Source: Cyanophora paradoxa CCMP329
Taxonomy: Eukaryota > Plantae > Glaucophyta
DNA length: 64,000 bases
Reading direction: 5' to 3'
Assembly (NCBI GenBank): GCA_004431415.1
Contig: QPMI01000095.1
Coordinates: 310,001-374,000, forward strand
Shown: piece by piece, positions 1 to 11,136 of the stretch
Position numbering within the stretch: the stretch's first letter is position 1
Layout of the letters: each line of letters starts with the position of its first letter
The notes under the pieces: generated by a model
The model's database searches: none
What the model saw: the letters and a program-made list of their open reading frames with translations, nothing else
What the model was told of the DNA's origin: nothing
Position numbers and translations under genes: made by a program

Positions 1-14
1 CAGCGGGGCCATAG

Positions 15-3000
15 CTATAGGCGTGCGTGCTCCTGCGGCCACGGGCCCCGCGGGGTCGGGGCCTCGCGAGGGGCAGAGAGGGGCGGGCGGGGCGCGCTCA
101 CGGGACGGAGGCGAGGGCCGGCTCGGGCTGGCGAGCCTCGGAGGGCGCGGCGCGGGGCGCGGCTCGGGGCTGGCGAAGCGCCGGTCGGGCCCCAGGGGCC
201 CCTCGGCCCCAGCACCGCCTCGAGCCGCTCCTGCCCCCGCCCCGCCTCGCACCGCCGCGCAAGGCCGCGGGCCGCGGGGCGACGCACCAGGGCCCGCTCC
301 GAGACAGGCGCGAGGCGCAGCGCGGAGGCGGAGGCGGCGGCGGCGGCGCGGGCGGCGGGGGCGGCGGCTGCGAGGCGGGGCAGGGAGGCGGCGTGGGCGT
401 GGAGGAGGAGGGCGGCGGGGAAGGCGCCGAGCCCCGCGGCGGCGAGGGCGCGCTCGGCGGGGCGCGGCTCGTCGGGGAGGTGGAGCGGGGCGGGGGCGGG
501 GCGGGGCCGGGGCCGGGGCGCGGGCGGGGCGGCCCTCGCGGCGGCGGCGGCTGCGAGGAGGCGGGGGACGTCCTCCGGGGCCGCGGCGAAGCGCAGCGCC
601 ACCTGGGCGGCCGTCAGCGCGCCCCGCCCGCGGCGCCGCGCCCCGCGACCGGCGCGCCTCGGCGGGGAGGGCGCTCGCCGCGGTGGCGAGGGCCGCAGCG
701 AGGCGCGGGGCGGCCGGGGGCGGGAAGGGCGGGCGGGCGCCGGGGCCGGTGGCGCCGGGGCGGGGCGAGGAGGAGGATGCGGTCGTAGCGGGCGGCGAGG
801 GGCGCGAGGTTCGCCAGCATTGCCCCGCCAGCTCCTCCGCCGCCCCCGGCCCCGCCTCCGCCCCCGCCCCGCAACCTGCCCCGCCCTCCCCTTCAGCCCT
901 GGGGGGAGGGCGAGGAGGGGCGGGCGGACGAGGGCCGGGGCAGGAGGACGACGGCGGCGGCGGGGAGAGGGCAAGGCGGCGGGGGCCTCGAGGGGCCGCA
1001 CCGCCACCGCCAGCCCCGCCCCGCGCAGCGCCCCAGCAGCCCCTGCCGCCCCCGCCATCAGCCCAGGCGCGGGGGCGCGGAGCATGGCGGCGGCTCACGG
1101 GCTCCTCCCGCTCGAGGGCGGCGCTGGCGAGGAGGGGCGGGGCAGGGGGCGGGGCCGGGGCGGCCGGGGCGAAGGCGGCGGGCCGAGGCGGGCGACGCCT
1201 CGGGCGCGAGCAGCGCCCCCGCCTCCAGCGGCCCCGCCGCCCCGCCCCGCCAGCCACGCCGGCCGCCGCCCTGCGGCCCAGGCGGCGTCAGCGGGCCTGC
1301 GAGGGAGGGAGGGGGAGGGGCGGGCCGGAGGGCGGCCCAGAGGCGCTCGGCGGCGCCGAGGGCGGCGTCGGCCTCGGCGTCGGCGGCGGGGCGGGGCGGC
1401 GGGGCGGGGCGGGAGGCGGACGGAGTGGAGGCGGCCGCGCGCCTCGAGCGCCGCCGCCGCCTCGGGCAGCGCTGCGGGGCCGCCCCCGTACCAGACGACC
1501 AGCCCGTACCTGCCGGCCCCGCCCTCGCCCCACAGCACCGCGCTCCCTCCGGGGCGGCGCACCGCTCCCAGGGACCTCGGGGCGGCGGCGGCGGCCTCGG
1601 TGGCGACGTGGACGGGGGCCGGGGGAGGGCGGCCCAGGCGGGGCCACGGGCACGGCGGCGAGGGCGAGGGCCGCCACGGGGGCGGGGCCCTCGGGCCGCA
1701 GCACGGCGGCGGGGCCGCAGGGCCGAGGGCGGCGCAGGCGGGGCCGATGTACGGGGGCCCGGGACGAGCACGAGGCGGGGCGGGGCGGGGCGGGGCCCGC
1801 GTGGAGGGCCCCGCGCCCCCGGCGGCGGCGGCGGCGGCGGCGTGGGCGGCGAGGGTGGCGCGGAGGGGGCGGCGCGGGGCTCTTCGGGCTCGGGGCCGGC
1901 GGGGAGGGCGGCGTCGCGCCAGAGGGGCGGGAGGAAGCGGGCGGCGAGGGGCCCGAGGCGCCCGTCGTCGAGCACCGCCGCGAGGTACGCCCGCAGCACC
2001 GCCCCGCCCCCGCAGCGCGCGTGCTCCGCCGCCCCCGCAGCACCTCCACCCGCAGCAGCGCCTCGTACCGCCCCGCCGCCTCCCGCGCCGCACCGCTCCC
2101 CGCCGCCGCCCGCGCGCCTCCGCCGCCGCCCGCGCCTTCGCCTCCTCGAGCGCCCTGCGCGGCCGCCTGAGGCGCGCGGGAGCCGGGCGAGCGGGGCGGG
2201 GCGGGGCGGACGGGGCGGGGATGTCGAGGAGGCGGGGTGCGCAGACGGCGGGCCCGGCAGTGGGGGCAGCAGGTGGCGGACGGCGGCGAGGGGCGCCGCC
2301 GCCAGCAGCTCCGCCGTCGCCACGCACGCCGCCCCCGCCCCTGCGCCCCCTCAGCCCGCCGCCGCGCGGCCCGGCGCCGGGCGGGCGCGCACGGGACGGG
2401 GGACGGAGATGACGGGGCGGAGGGGGCCGGCGAAGGGACCCACGGCGGGGTCGCCGGGGCGCTCCCCGCGACGACCTGGCGGCAGGGTCGGGGGCGTGGG
2501 CGCGGGGCGGGGAGGCGTGCAGACGTCGAGGGCGAGGGCGCGGAGGAGGCCGGCGAGCGCCGCCCCGTCGGGGGCCGGCAGGGGCGCCAGCGCGGCGAGC
2601 CGCAGGGCCGGCATCGCCCGCCGCGCCCCGCCACCTGCGCCGCGTGAGGGCCGGGGCCGGGGGCGCGGGGACGGGGCGGGGCGGGGGCCTCTTGGAGGAG
2701 GGCGGCCTCGGCGGAGAGGGGCGCGGGGGCGGGGGCGCCCGGGGCGGGGCGCCAGTCGAGGGCGAGGAAGGTGACGCCGTGCGTGGCGAGGCGGCTCGCG
2801 AGGCTCCCCCGGAAGGCCCCCGCGGGGGCCACCGCGATCCCCGCCCCCGCCAGCGCGTCGTAGACCTGCCCCGTGTGCATCCCCGCCCGCACCCCCGCAC
2901 CCTCGTCCGCCCCGCGCCCCCGCCGGCAGCAGCCGCTTGAGCGCCGCATGCGCCTCCCCGGCCGCCGCCTCGTCGCGGGCCAGCCAAAGCACCTGCGCGG

Positions 3001-5998
3001 CGTCAGGCCCCTGCCTTGGGCGCGGGGGCGGGTGGTGGAGGCCTTGGCGGCGGGTCGAAGCGGAGGGCGGAGAGGGCGAGGAGGGCGAGGGCGCGCAGGC
3101 CCCCGAGCGGCAGCGTCGCCGGCAGCACCAGCAGCGCGTCCCGCCCCGCGCCCCCTCCGCCCCTCCGCCTCGCACCGCAGCGGCACCACTCCCTCCGGCA
3201 CCGCCAGCACCCCCGCCGCCCCCGCCGGCCCGCGGCCGGCCCCGCGCCGGCGTCGGCATCTCGGGGCGGGCGGGGCGGGGCGGGTGCCGGGGGTGGCGGG
3301 GCGGGGCCAGGGCCGGCGGCGCGGCGGGCACGCATGAACTCGTCGAGCGTCGCCTGCGCGCCGTCACTCGCGCGGGAGTCGGGGGCGCGGAGCTCGCTCC
3401 ACCGCACCGGCGCCGCCTCCCGCGGGGGCGACGCCGCTGCCGGCGGCGCGGGCGGCTGGGCGGCGGGTGCGCGGGGCGGAGGGAGAAGGGGCGGGGCGGG
3501 AGAGGGTGCGGGGGCGGGGCGGGGGCGGGGCGGGACCGTGTGCGGGCGCTGGGCTCGAGGTCTCTGCGGATGGGCGACGGCGGCCGCTGCCGGCCGGCCT
3601 GCAAGCTCCCCGGCGGGGACGGCCGCGGGGAAGCCGCGGCGGGGGCCGGGGAGGTGGCCGCCGTGGGGGCGGGGAGGGGTGCGCGGGGGCCAGGGCGGGA
3701 CCGGGGAGGCCTCGTCGCTGTCCGGGGGCGGCTGCTCCTGGAGAGAGGGCCGCGGGGAGGGCGCCGGCGTCCCCGCCTCCCCCTCCGCCTCCGCCTCCTC
3801 CTCCTCCGCGAGCTGCCGCCCGCTGGCACGCGCGGGGCGGGGCGGGGGCGCGGGGAAGGCGGCGGGCCTTGGCGAGAAGGGCGGGGAGGGGCAGCTCCAG
3901 GAGACCACCGGGGTCCTCGGGGCGGGCCCCTGCGCCTGGGCGGGGCGGGGCGGGGCACGCCGCCGCCATCGCCAGGAAGCGGTACACGAGCCCTGGCCCC
4001 CGCCGGCGCCGCCTCGGCCCGGGCGGTGCGGAGGGGGCGCGGGCGGGGGGCACCGGCGCAGGAGTCGTCGGCGCCCTCGGCGGGGCGGACGCGGAGGGCG
4101 GCGGCGATGCGGCGCGCCTCCTCCGCCCCCGCCGCCTCGGCCTCGAGCAGCTCGAGCGGCTCCTCCAGGCCCGCCCCGCCCCGCCCGCCCCCGCCCCGCC
4201 TCCCGCTGAGGCGCCCCCGCCGCCCCGCGGGCGGGCGGCGGGGCCCTCGGGGCGGCGGGGCGGGCCGCGGCCCGGCGAGGAGGGTCCAGGAGGAGCGCCC
4301 TGCTGGCGCCGGGGCGCGGCTCGGCCTCCTCCTCCACGCTCCGCGCCCGCGCCCGCCGCCCTGCGCCGCCCTCGGGCCCCGCGCGGGCCGGGGAGGGGCG
4401 CGGGGAGCGCACGGGCCGCCGGGGCGGGTAGGGCGCCCGCGAGGGCCACCGCCTCGCGCGGCGCCAGCGGCGGAGCGGCGGGGCGCCGCTCCGGCGGCGC
4501 CGACTCCGCCAGCGCCGCCCGCGCCGCCGCCACGGGCGGGAGGAGGGCGAGGGGCGGCAGCCGCAGCTCCAGCGGCGCGAGCCGCGCCGCGGGACCTGGC
4601 CCGGCGGCCGGCGCGGCGGGGGCGGCGGGGCGGGGGCAGGGCGGCCTGCGGGGCGGTGAGAGACGGAGACGGGGCGGGGCGCGGGGGCGGAGACGGAGGG
4701 GAAGGGCCCGTCGGGGGCGGCGAGGAGCTCCTCGATGGCGGCGGGGCCCGGCGCCCCGGGGCCCAGCAGCGCCTGCCCCGGCCCCGCCACCGGCGACGCC
4801 GCCCGCGCCCATTCCGGCGCCCCCGCCGCCGCGGCCCCGGCTTCGGGCGGGGAGAGGCGGCTCCAGCACGGGGCAGTCAAGCAAGGGCACGGTGGTCGCC
4901 TCGCCGCACGGGGCGGCTGCGGCAGTCGTGAGCCTACGGAGGCACGTGGCGGGGCGCACGCACGCGGCGCGGAGTCGGGGGAGGGGCGACGGGGCAAGGC
5001 GCGGGCCGGGGCAGCGGCGCGGCGTCCTGGAGGAGGGGTGCGGGGGGCCCCACCCGGCCTAGCCCTCGAGCAGCGCCTCCCGGGCCGGCGGCAGTGTGAG
5101 GGCGGGGCGGGGCGGCGAGGCGGCGGCGGCGAGGGCGCGAGGGAGCGGGTCGGTGACGGGCCGGAGCTGCCAGCCTGGTGCCGCTTGCGGCAGCTCCAGC
5201 TCGCCCCCGCCGGCCCTCGCGGCTCCCCGCCCGCCGCCCTCGTCGGCAGCACCCTCGGGCTCCGCGGCAGGGAGCGCGGGGCGAGCCGGCGGGACGAGCG
5301 GGGCGGCCTCCTCGCGCAGGCGCGCCGCGGCGCCCGGCGTGACGTCTTCCTCCAGCGCGAGGACCGGCGCCGGCGGGGCGCGCGCGGCGCCCCCGAGCGA
5401 CGGGCGGCGCGGCGGCGGCGGCGGGCGCGGCAAGAGCGGCTCAAGATCAAAGCGGCGCGGGCCGCGCGGCGAGGCGAGCAGTGCTGCGGGGCGGCGCGCG
5501 TCGGTGGGGCGCGGGTGCGCGGCGAGAAGGACGCGCGGCACCGTCGAGTGCGTCGTCGGCCTCTGAGAAGGCCGGCGGCTTGCCGCTTGGCGCGACGCTC
5601 TGTGCATCGCCGGACAGGAACCATTCTGGCGGCGCCGGCGCTGGCAGCTCTGCAAGCGCAGCCGCGGCGGTCCATCCGGAGGCCGCGCTCCGCGGGCCTG
5701 CTACGTGCGTGCTTGCGGTTACACCGATTACGATGTCGACGAGAGAGGAGGCGAGAGCGCGTGCGGGCTTACCGGAAGACGAGGCGCGTAGCGATGCGAG
5801 CAGGGAGCCCAGCGACGCGAGGCGCTGCGCTCCATCATCAATGAAGAAGCAGAGAGCGCACTCAAATCGAGGCCGCACCCCGATCGGGCGCTCGGCGAAT
5901 GGTTCGGCGGGAAGAATCGCCGCCGCGTGCGCCGCGGCCTTCTGAAGCGCAGCGGAAGCCTCACCGAACGGGTCCGTGCCAAGGTGGCGTGTCCGCAT
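15..5998 (-). CDS. SHOC1: SHOC1/ZIP2-like meiotic crossover protein (multi-exon; 3' end approximate)
   Basis: The N-terminus MRTRHLGTDPF resembles the recalled plant SHOC1 start MRTRFL(N/A)(I/T)DYF. C-terminal exons (LHLPDEPRPAERALAAAGLGAFPAALLL...SLPRLAAA...PVSERALVR) fit the XPF-like/HhH tail. The ~6 kb gene size fits. Confidence 0.6.
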
Positions 5999-6172
5999 GG
6001 CGACAGCGCGGCGCCGAGTTCAGGAATCACAGCACGCGTATGCGCATGCGTACGCGAATTCACGCGAAAAAAAAGAAGGCGCAGCGAAGGCGCGCTCTTC
6101 CGAAAGAACGGGGCCTCCGGAGCAAGCCATAAACAGGGTACCGTGGGCGCGCGCCCGAGGCCGCAGCTCAGC

Positions 6173-7516
6173 ATGGACCAGCTGGTTTCGTCGTTTGAGG
6201 GGCTCGAGGGCGAGCACCTCCGAGTCTGCGCGGCCCTCTCACACACCCAGGCCGTGAGTGTTTTCTTAACACTCACATTTAGCAGCCCCTCTGCCATCGC
6301 CGCTCGTATTTCGCGCGGGGACCCGAATTTGATGGGATTTCGCAGGCTCTCGCAATCGCTACGCACGAGATTTCAGAGCTCCACGCCCGCCTCGCGGTGC
6401 ACAACGCGCCTGCACGCACTGCGACACTGCTTTACTCAACGTTTTCAATTTTCGCGCCCCGCAGAGCTTGCAATCTGAGAACAAGAGCCTTTTGGATGTT
6501 CTCGACAATCAGCAGAAGACCATCAACACCAGGCTAGCTCCGATATCGATTCCCCCGGGCACTGCTTTCCGGGCTCGTACAAGTCACTAGATCCTAGATT
6601 CTAGAAGCCGGAGTTTCGCGTCCTCTGAAAACCTCGAGCTCGCAGCCTCGATTTCAGCAAGGAAATCGAGCAGTCGCGCGCTGCCCTGCTCGCCGCCCGT
6701 AGCCAGCTCGTCGCCGAGCAGCGCGTAAGTGCTAAAACTCTGCGCGAGAAGAGGAGCAATTCGTCGATTGATCATAAATCGCACAGCGGAACGAGGAGGC
6801 GGAAGGGGAGCGGGAGCGGGCGCTGCGAGATGCAGTGGCGGAGAAGGAGAAGACGGCGGGGGCGCTGCGAGAGGCGCTGGAGGCGCTGGCGAAGGCGCGC
6901 GAGGAGGCGGAGCGCGCGACGCGCCTCAAGGACGACGCCGAGCGTGCCTGTGCGGCCAATGCGAATGCGCATGCGCATGCGCATGCGCGCCTCCATGGGC
7001 GATCGCGATCGCGATCGCGGCGGCGGCGCGGGGGCAGGGCGGGAGCAAGTCGAGGCGCGGGAGCGGGCGCTAGAGGAGCGGACGGCGGAGCTGCAGCGAG
7101 CGCGGGGCGAGCACGAGGCGCAGGCGACCGCTGCCGAGCAGGCCCTCGTTCGCGAGCGCATGAAGGTCAGCTTGCCGAATTCTCCACGAAATATTCTCGC
7201 CTTAAGCTTCGCAAAAAACGATTGCTAATCTGATTCGCGATCGGGGCCGCGGGGCGCGGCCGGGGCGACGGGAGCAGTTCGAGGAGCGGCTGATGGCGGC
7301 GTCGAGCCGGGCGGAGGCGGCGGTGGGCGGGGGAGGCATGGGCGACGCCCTCCGCCGCAAGGTTGCACAGCAGAAGGCAACTTCCTCCAAACCCGCCCGG
7401 CCCCCCGGGCCCCGCGCCCGAGCGCGCGTCCCCGAGCTTACCACCCCCGGCAGCAAGAGATCGAGGCGCTGCGGCTGCAGATTCGCGCTCTCCACGCCGC
7501 CGCCGGCCGCGCATAG
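6173..7516 (+). CDS. Coiled-coil protein of unknown function (~8 exons)
   Basis: Spliced reading MDQLVSSFEGLEGEHLRVCAALSHTQA|ALAIATHEISELHARLA|SLQSENKSLLDVLDNQQKTINT|SLDFSKEIEQSRAALL...|FEERLMAASS...|QEIEALRLQIRALHAAAGRA*, with GT/GC-AG junctions. E/R/A-rich heptads. Confidence 0.7.
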
Positions 7517-7698
7517 CTCATGATCATCGCGATCGGCCGCGGGTAGACTCTTAGTAGATCTCAATTGCAATCGCGAGTATAGAATTCAGATCTAGTCTCG
7601 ATGACCTTTGAACCGTTTCACGACCGAATTGAAGTGAACCTAACTGATCATGATCACCGTGAAAAGCGACGAAAGGCGGGGCGGGGCCGGGGCGGGGG

Positions 7699-9798
7699 CT
7701 ACATGATGGCGCAGGCCTTGCTGCGGCCGCAGCAGCCGCGGCGCAGCATCGCCTCCTCCGCCATCTGCTCCTCCGCCGCCGTGCCCCGCTGCAGGCGCCC
7801 CCGCTGCGAGCCGGGCCCGCCCCGCGCGCTCCCCGGCGGGCCGTCGGCGGCAGCGGCGGCGTCCTCGGCGTCGGGGAGGGTGGGGAGGGCGTCGAGGTCG
7901 ACGTCCTCCGCAGCGGGCTCCGTCTCGGTCTCGATGGAGCGCTGCTCGGGGTAGACGCGCGACTTGTGCCGGAACGCCACCCGGATCTTCGCCTTGAGCA
8001 GCGCCTGGTCCCGCTCGTGCAGCATGGCCTTGAGGAGCTCGATCTCCTCGCGCAGCTCGCGGATGAGCTTGTCCGTCGGGTTCTCGTTGACGGTCGCGCG
8101 GTTGACGATGGCCTTGGCGCGCTCCGCGTAGCGCAGCGTGGAGAGCGTCTCCTCGTACTGCGCCTCCGCCGGCGAGACGGTCGCCAGCATGATCGTCTTC
8201 GCGTTGCCCCCCAGCGACTCCCGCAGCAGCCTGCCCCGCCCCGCCCCGTGTCGACCGGCCGCCGCCCGGGCACGGCAAGGGGCGGACATGGTGAGGGCCG
8301 AGTCGCGGTAGGGGATGTGGGTGCGGCCCTTGCCCTCCGTGAGCGCGGCGATGACGTTCCCCAGCGCCGAGAGGGACTGGTTGATCGCCGCCCCCTCCCG
8401 CAGCCGCTCCCCCGTCGCCCCCGCTGCCCCGCCCCCCGCACTCGCCCGCGCCGCAGCGACGCGTCCGTGTGCCGGCGGGGCGGCGGCGCACTGGAGTCGG
8501 CGCGCTCGGAGCCGGCGAGGTCGACGAGGGAGACGCGGGCGCTCTTCGAGAGGACGCGGCCCGTCTGCGGGTCCTTCTCCGCCTGCGCGCGCCGGCGGGG
8601 TCGGCAGGGGCGGGGCGGGGCGGGGCGGGCGGGGCGGGGCGGGGGCCTGGGCGAGCTCGAGGGCGAAGACGGCGTGGGAGCGCGAGCTCTGCGCGTTCAT
8701 GTTCGTCGACGCCGTCGTCCGCGAAGCCGTCCCCCGCGCCTGCCCCCGCCCCCGCCCTCAGCGCCCCCTTCCCCCGCAGCGCCGCGCTGGGGCGGGGCGG
8801 GGCGGGGCGGGCCATGAGCTTGGCGATGCCCTCGGCGGAGGAGACGGGGGTCTTGGTGAGGCCCTCCACGTAGACCCCCGTCACCGGGTGCTCCCGCAGC
8901 TTCAGCTGCCGCCCCCGCCCCCTCACGCTCCCGCGGGGGGCCCGGGGGCGCGCGGGGGCACGTTTTCGCCCTTGGGGTTGAGGAGGTCCGAGACCTTCTC
9001 CTTGTAGACCTGCGCGGGGTCGCGGCGGCGGGCGCCTGGCTGCGCGCCTGCGGGGCCCGGCACCTCGAGGAAGGAGACCTGGACCTCGTAGATGGCCTGC
9101 ACCCCCGCCGCGTCCCGCTGGCTCCGCACCCGCTCCATGATCGAGAACACCGTCCGTGGGATGATTCCGGGGTCCGCCTCCGTGCCCAGCATGGTGTGCG
9201 TCTTCCCGCTTCCCGTCTGGGACACGTGCACCGACGGACGTCAGCGGATGCAGTGACCCAGCGGGATGAATCCCCACGGCGCAGGGCCCCCTCATGTTCA
9301 TGATCACCTGGCCGTAGGCGAAGATGGACGTGTTGTAGCCTTCCGGGGACACGGATGGACGTCAGCGAATGCAGAGGCAGCGAGCCTTAAAGCTTGGAGG
9401 TGGGTCGCCGGGCCCGCTCACCCTGCCACGCGCTCTCGAGGAAAAACGACTTCAAGCTGTCGAAGATACCCAAGTTCGTCGTGTGGTCCTCGCGATCCTT
9501 CAAGTACGACTGCGCCAGGCATGAGCAGAAGCCGCGCGCGTCGCGTCGCCCGATGAACGCGACCGCAGCGCGCCTGCCAGACGTTGGAGAACGCGAACTT
9601 GTTGACTTTCTTCTTGTCGGAGGGGTGGACCACTTCCACGGAAGCGCTGCCGCTCTTCGTCTCAAGGCAGATCTTGCTGCTCGCTGCATTTTCCTTCTCG
9701 CTGAGCGGTCGGATTCTGAGCGCTAGCGTGAGGGCTACTCGAGCGTACGCCAGCAACCCAGATACGCACCGCACCGCCACCCGCACGTTCTCAGCCAT
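7699..9798 (-). CDS. Kinesin motor (kinesin-3-like) with short tail ending in CaaX
   Basis: Motifs: [10 protein letters not shown]|[14 protein letters not shown]|TGSGKTHTM (P-loop), [60 protein letters not shown], neck [17 protein letters not shown]. Ends ...[12 protein letters not shown]. Confidence 0.93.
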
Positions 9799-10220
9799 AG
9801 CTATCAATGTAACTGCTCCTGCTCCTATCCAGCACTACCTAGGCCTACCGCTACGCTGCTGATTTACTAAACGGGCCGGCCGGCCCTAGGGCGAGCGCTT
9901 GCCGCTCTAGGAGCTCTTTGCGCGCAAGACAGTGTTGGAAGAAGCGGATGCTTGCGCTTGGCCCCGTTGCCCTGGCTCTAAACGAGAAGCCGCCCTGCGC
10001 AGTGCGTGACGGGCGCTGTCAGCGCTGGGTGGTTGCTTTTAAAGAACTGCTGAGATCCGGCGCACGCGCGCGCTGTTCCTTGCTCAACTCGCCTGACAGT
10101 GCGCTGAGGCTGTAGCTGAGGCTGTAGCCCTCTTCCGCCCCTTCCCCACCCAAACCTTTCGGCCCGCAGTTCTGCTGACTTTGGTCCGCGTCTCTCGTGC
10201 TCCATAGCAGGACCCAGCCC

Positions 10221-11104
10221 ATGGCCTTCCTCTCAGTTTCGGCCGCAGCCCCCAGCAGCGTGCGTGGTACGCTGTCAGTGGATTCTGTTAGATTCTGCAG
10301 CGCGTACGCGTCGATCGAGCAGCCTGGTCTTGGGCGGTCGCGAGGGGCTCAGCGGGCCGTGAAGGGCAGTCGCGCCTCCTTCGCGTACGAACCGATCAAG
10401 CCTCGCCTCTTAGTCCCTACCGCATCTGGCACGTCCCTCGCGCGCTGCAGCGCCGATGCGCCCGCAGCAGCGAGCGACGCCCCAAGCGCGCTCTTCCCGA
10501 AGCGCTGGAAGTGCGTGGAAGGTGTGTTCCCCGCGCGCTTCAAAGAGAGCGGGATCGGTCCGATACGATGGGGACCGGGGACACAGGCTGCGGGGCGTGC
10601 TGCGACCTGACGCCGGAGGACCGGCCGGACCTGGACAAGTACCTCTCGCCCGACGAGCTGCGCACGTACATGGAGATGGTCGGCGAGGACGGCTGGTGCA
10701 AGCACTACGACAGGGAGAAGCGCAGCTGCACCGTCTACGACACCCGGCCCGCCTTCTGCAGGGTGCGCCTGCGCCCGCGCCTGCGCATGTGGCTGTGGTG
10801 CGTGGGCGGCGCCGAGGTTGCGCGTGCGGCAGGTGACGCTGGAGGGGATGCGGGATCGGTACGGCGTGCCTGAGCACAAGGCGGACAAATTTGCGTGCAG
10901 CTGCTGCAAGCTCCAGATCGGCGCCGTCTACGGCTACGACTCCGGTGCCCGCTGCCCGCCGGCCCCGGCCCCCAGCCCCCCTGCTCTGAGGCGCGCCGAC
11001 CCGCAGAGGAGATGGCGCGCTTCAAGGAGGCGATCGGGACGCAGGCGGAGGCCGCCGGCAAGGGCCCCTCTCGCAAGAAGCCGACCAAGAAACGCAGGGG
11101 CTAG
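10221..11104 (+). CDS. YkgJ-family (CxxCxxCC) cysteine-cluster protein, probably plastid-targeted
   Basis: WKCVEG|CGACC...DGWCKHYDREKRSCTVYDTRPAFCRV...CCKLQIGAVYG (cyanobacterial/plant type). Ser/Ala/Arg-rich leader starting MAFLSVSAAAP. Confidence 0.85.
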
Positions 11105-11136
11105 CTGTAGGCGCGTCTTGCGGAACGACATGGGAG

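Noticed and set aside
23-5844. Many long overlapping ORFs rich in R/G/A/P on both strands (also throughout the window)
   Set aside because: Stop codons are rare at this GC level. The ORFs run through introns or lie antisense to real genes and carry no independent motifs.
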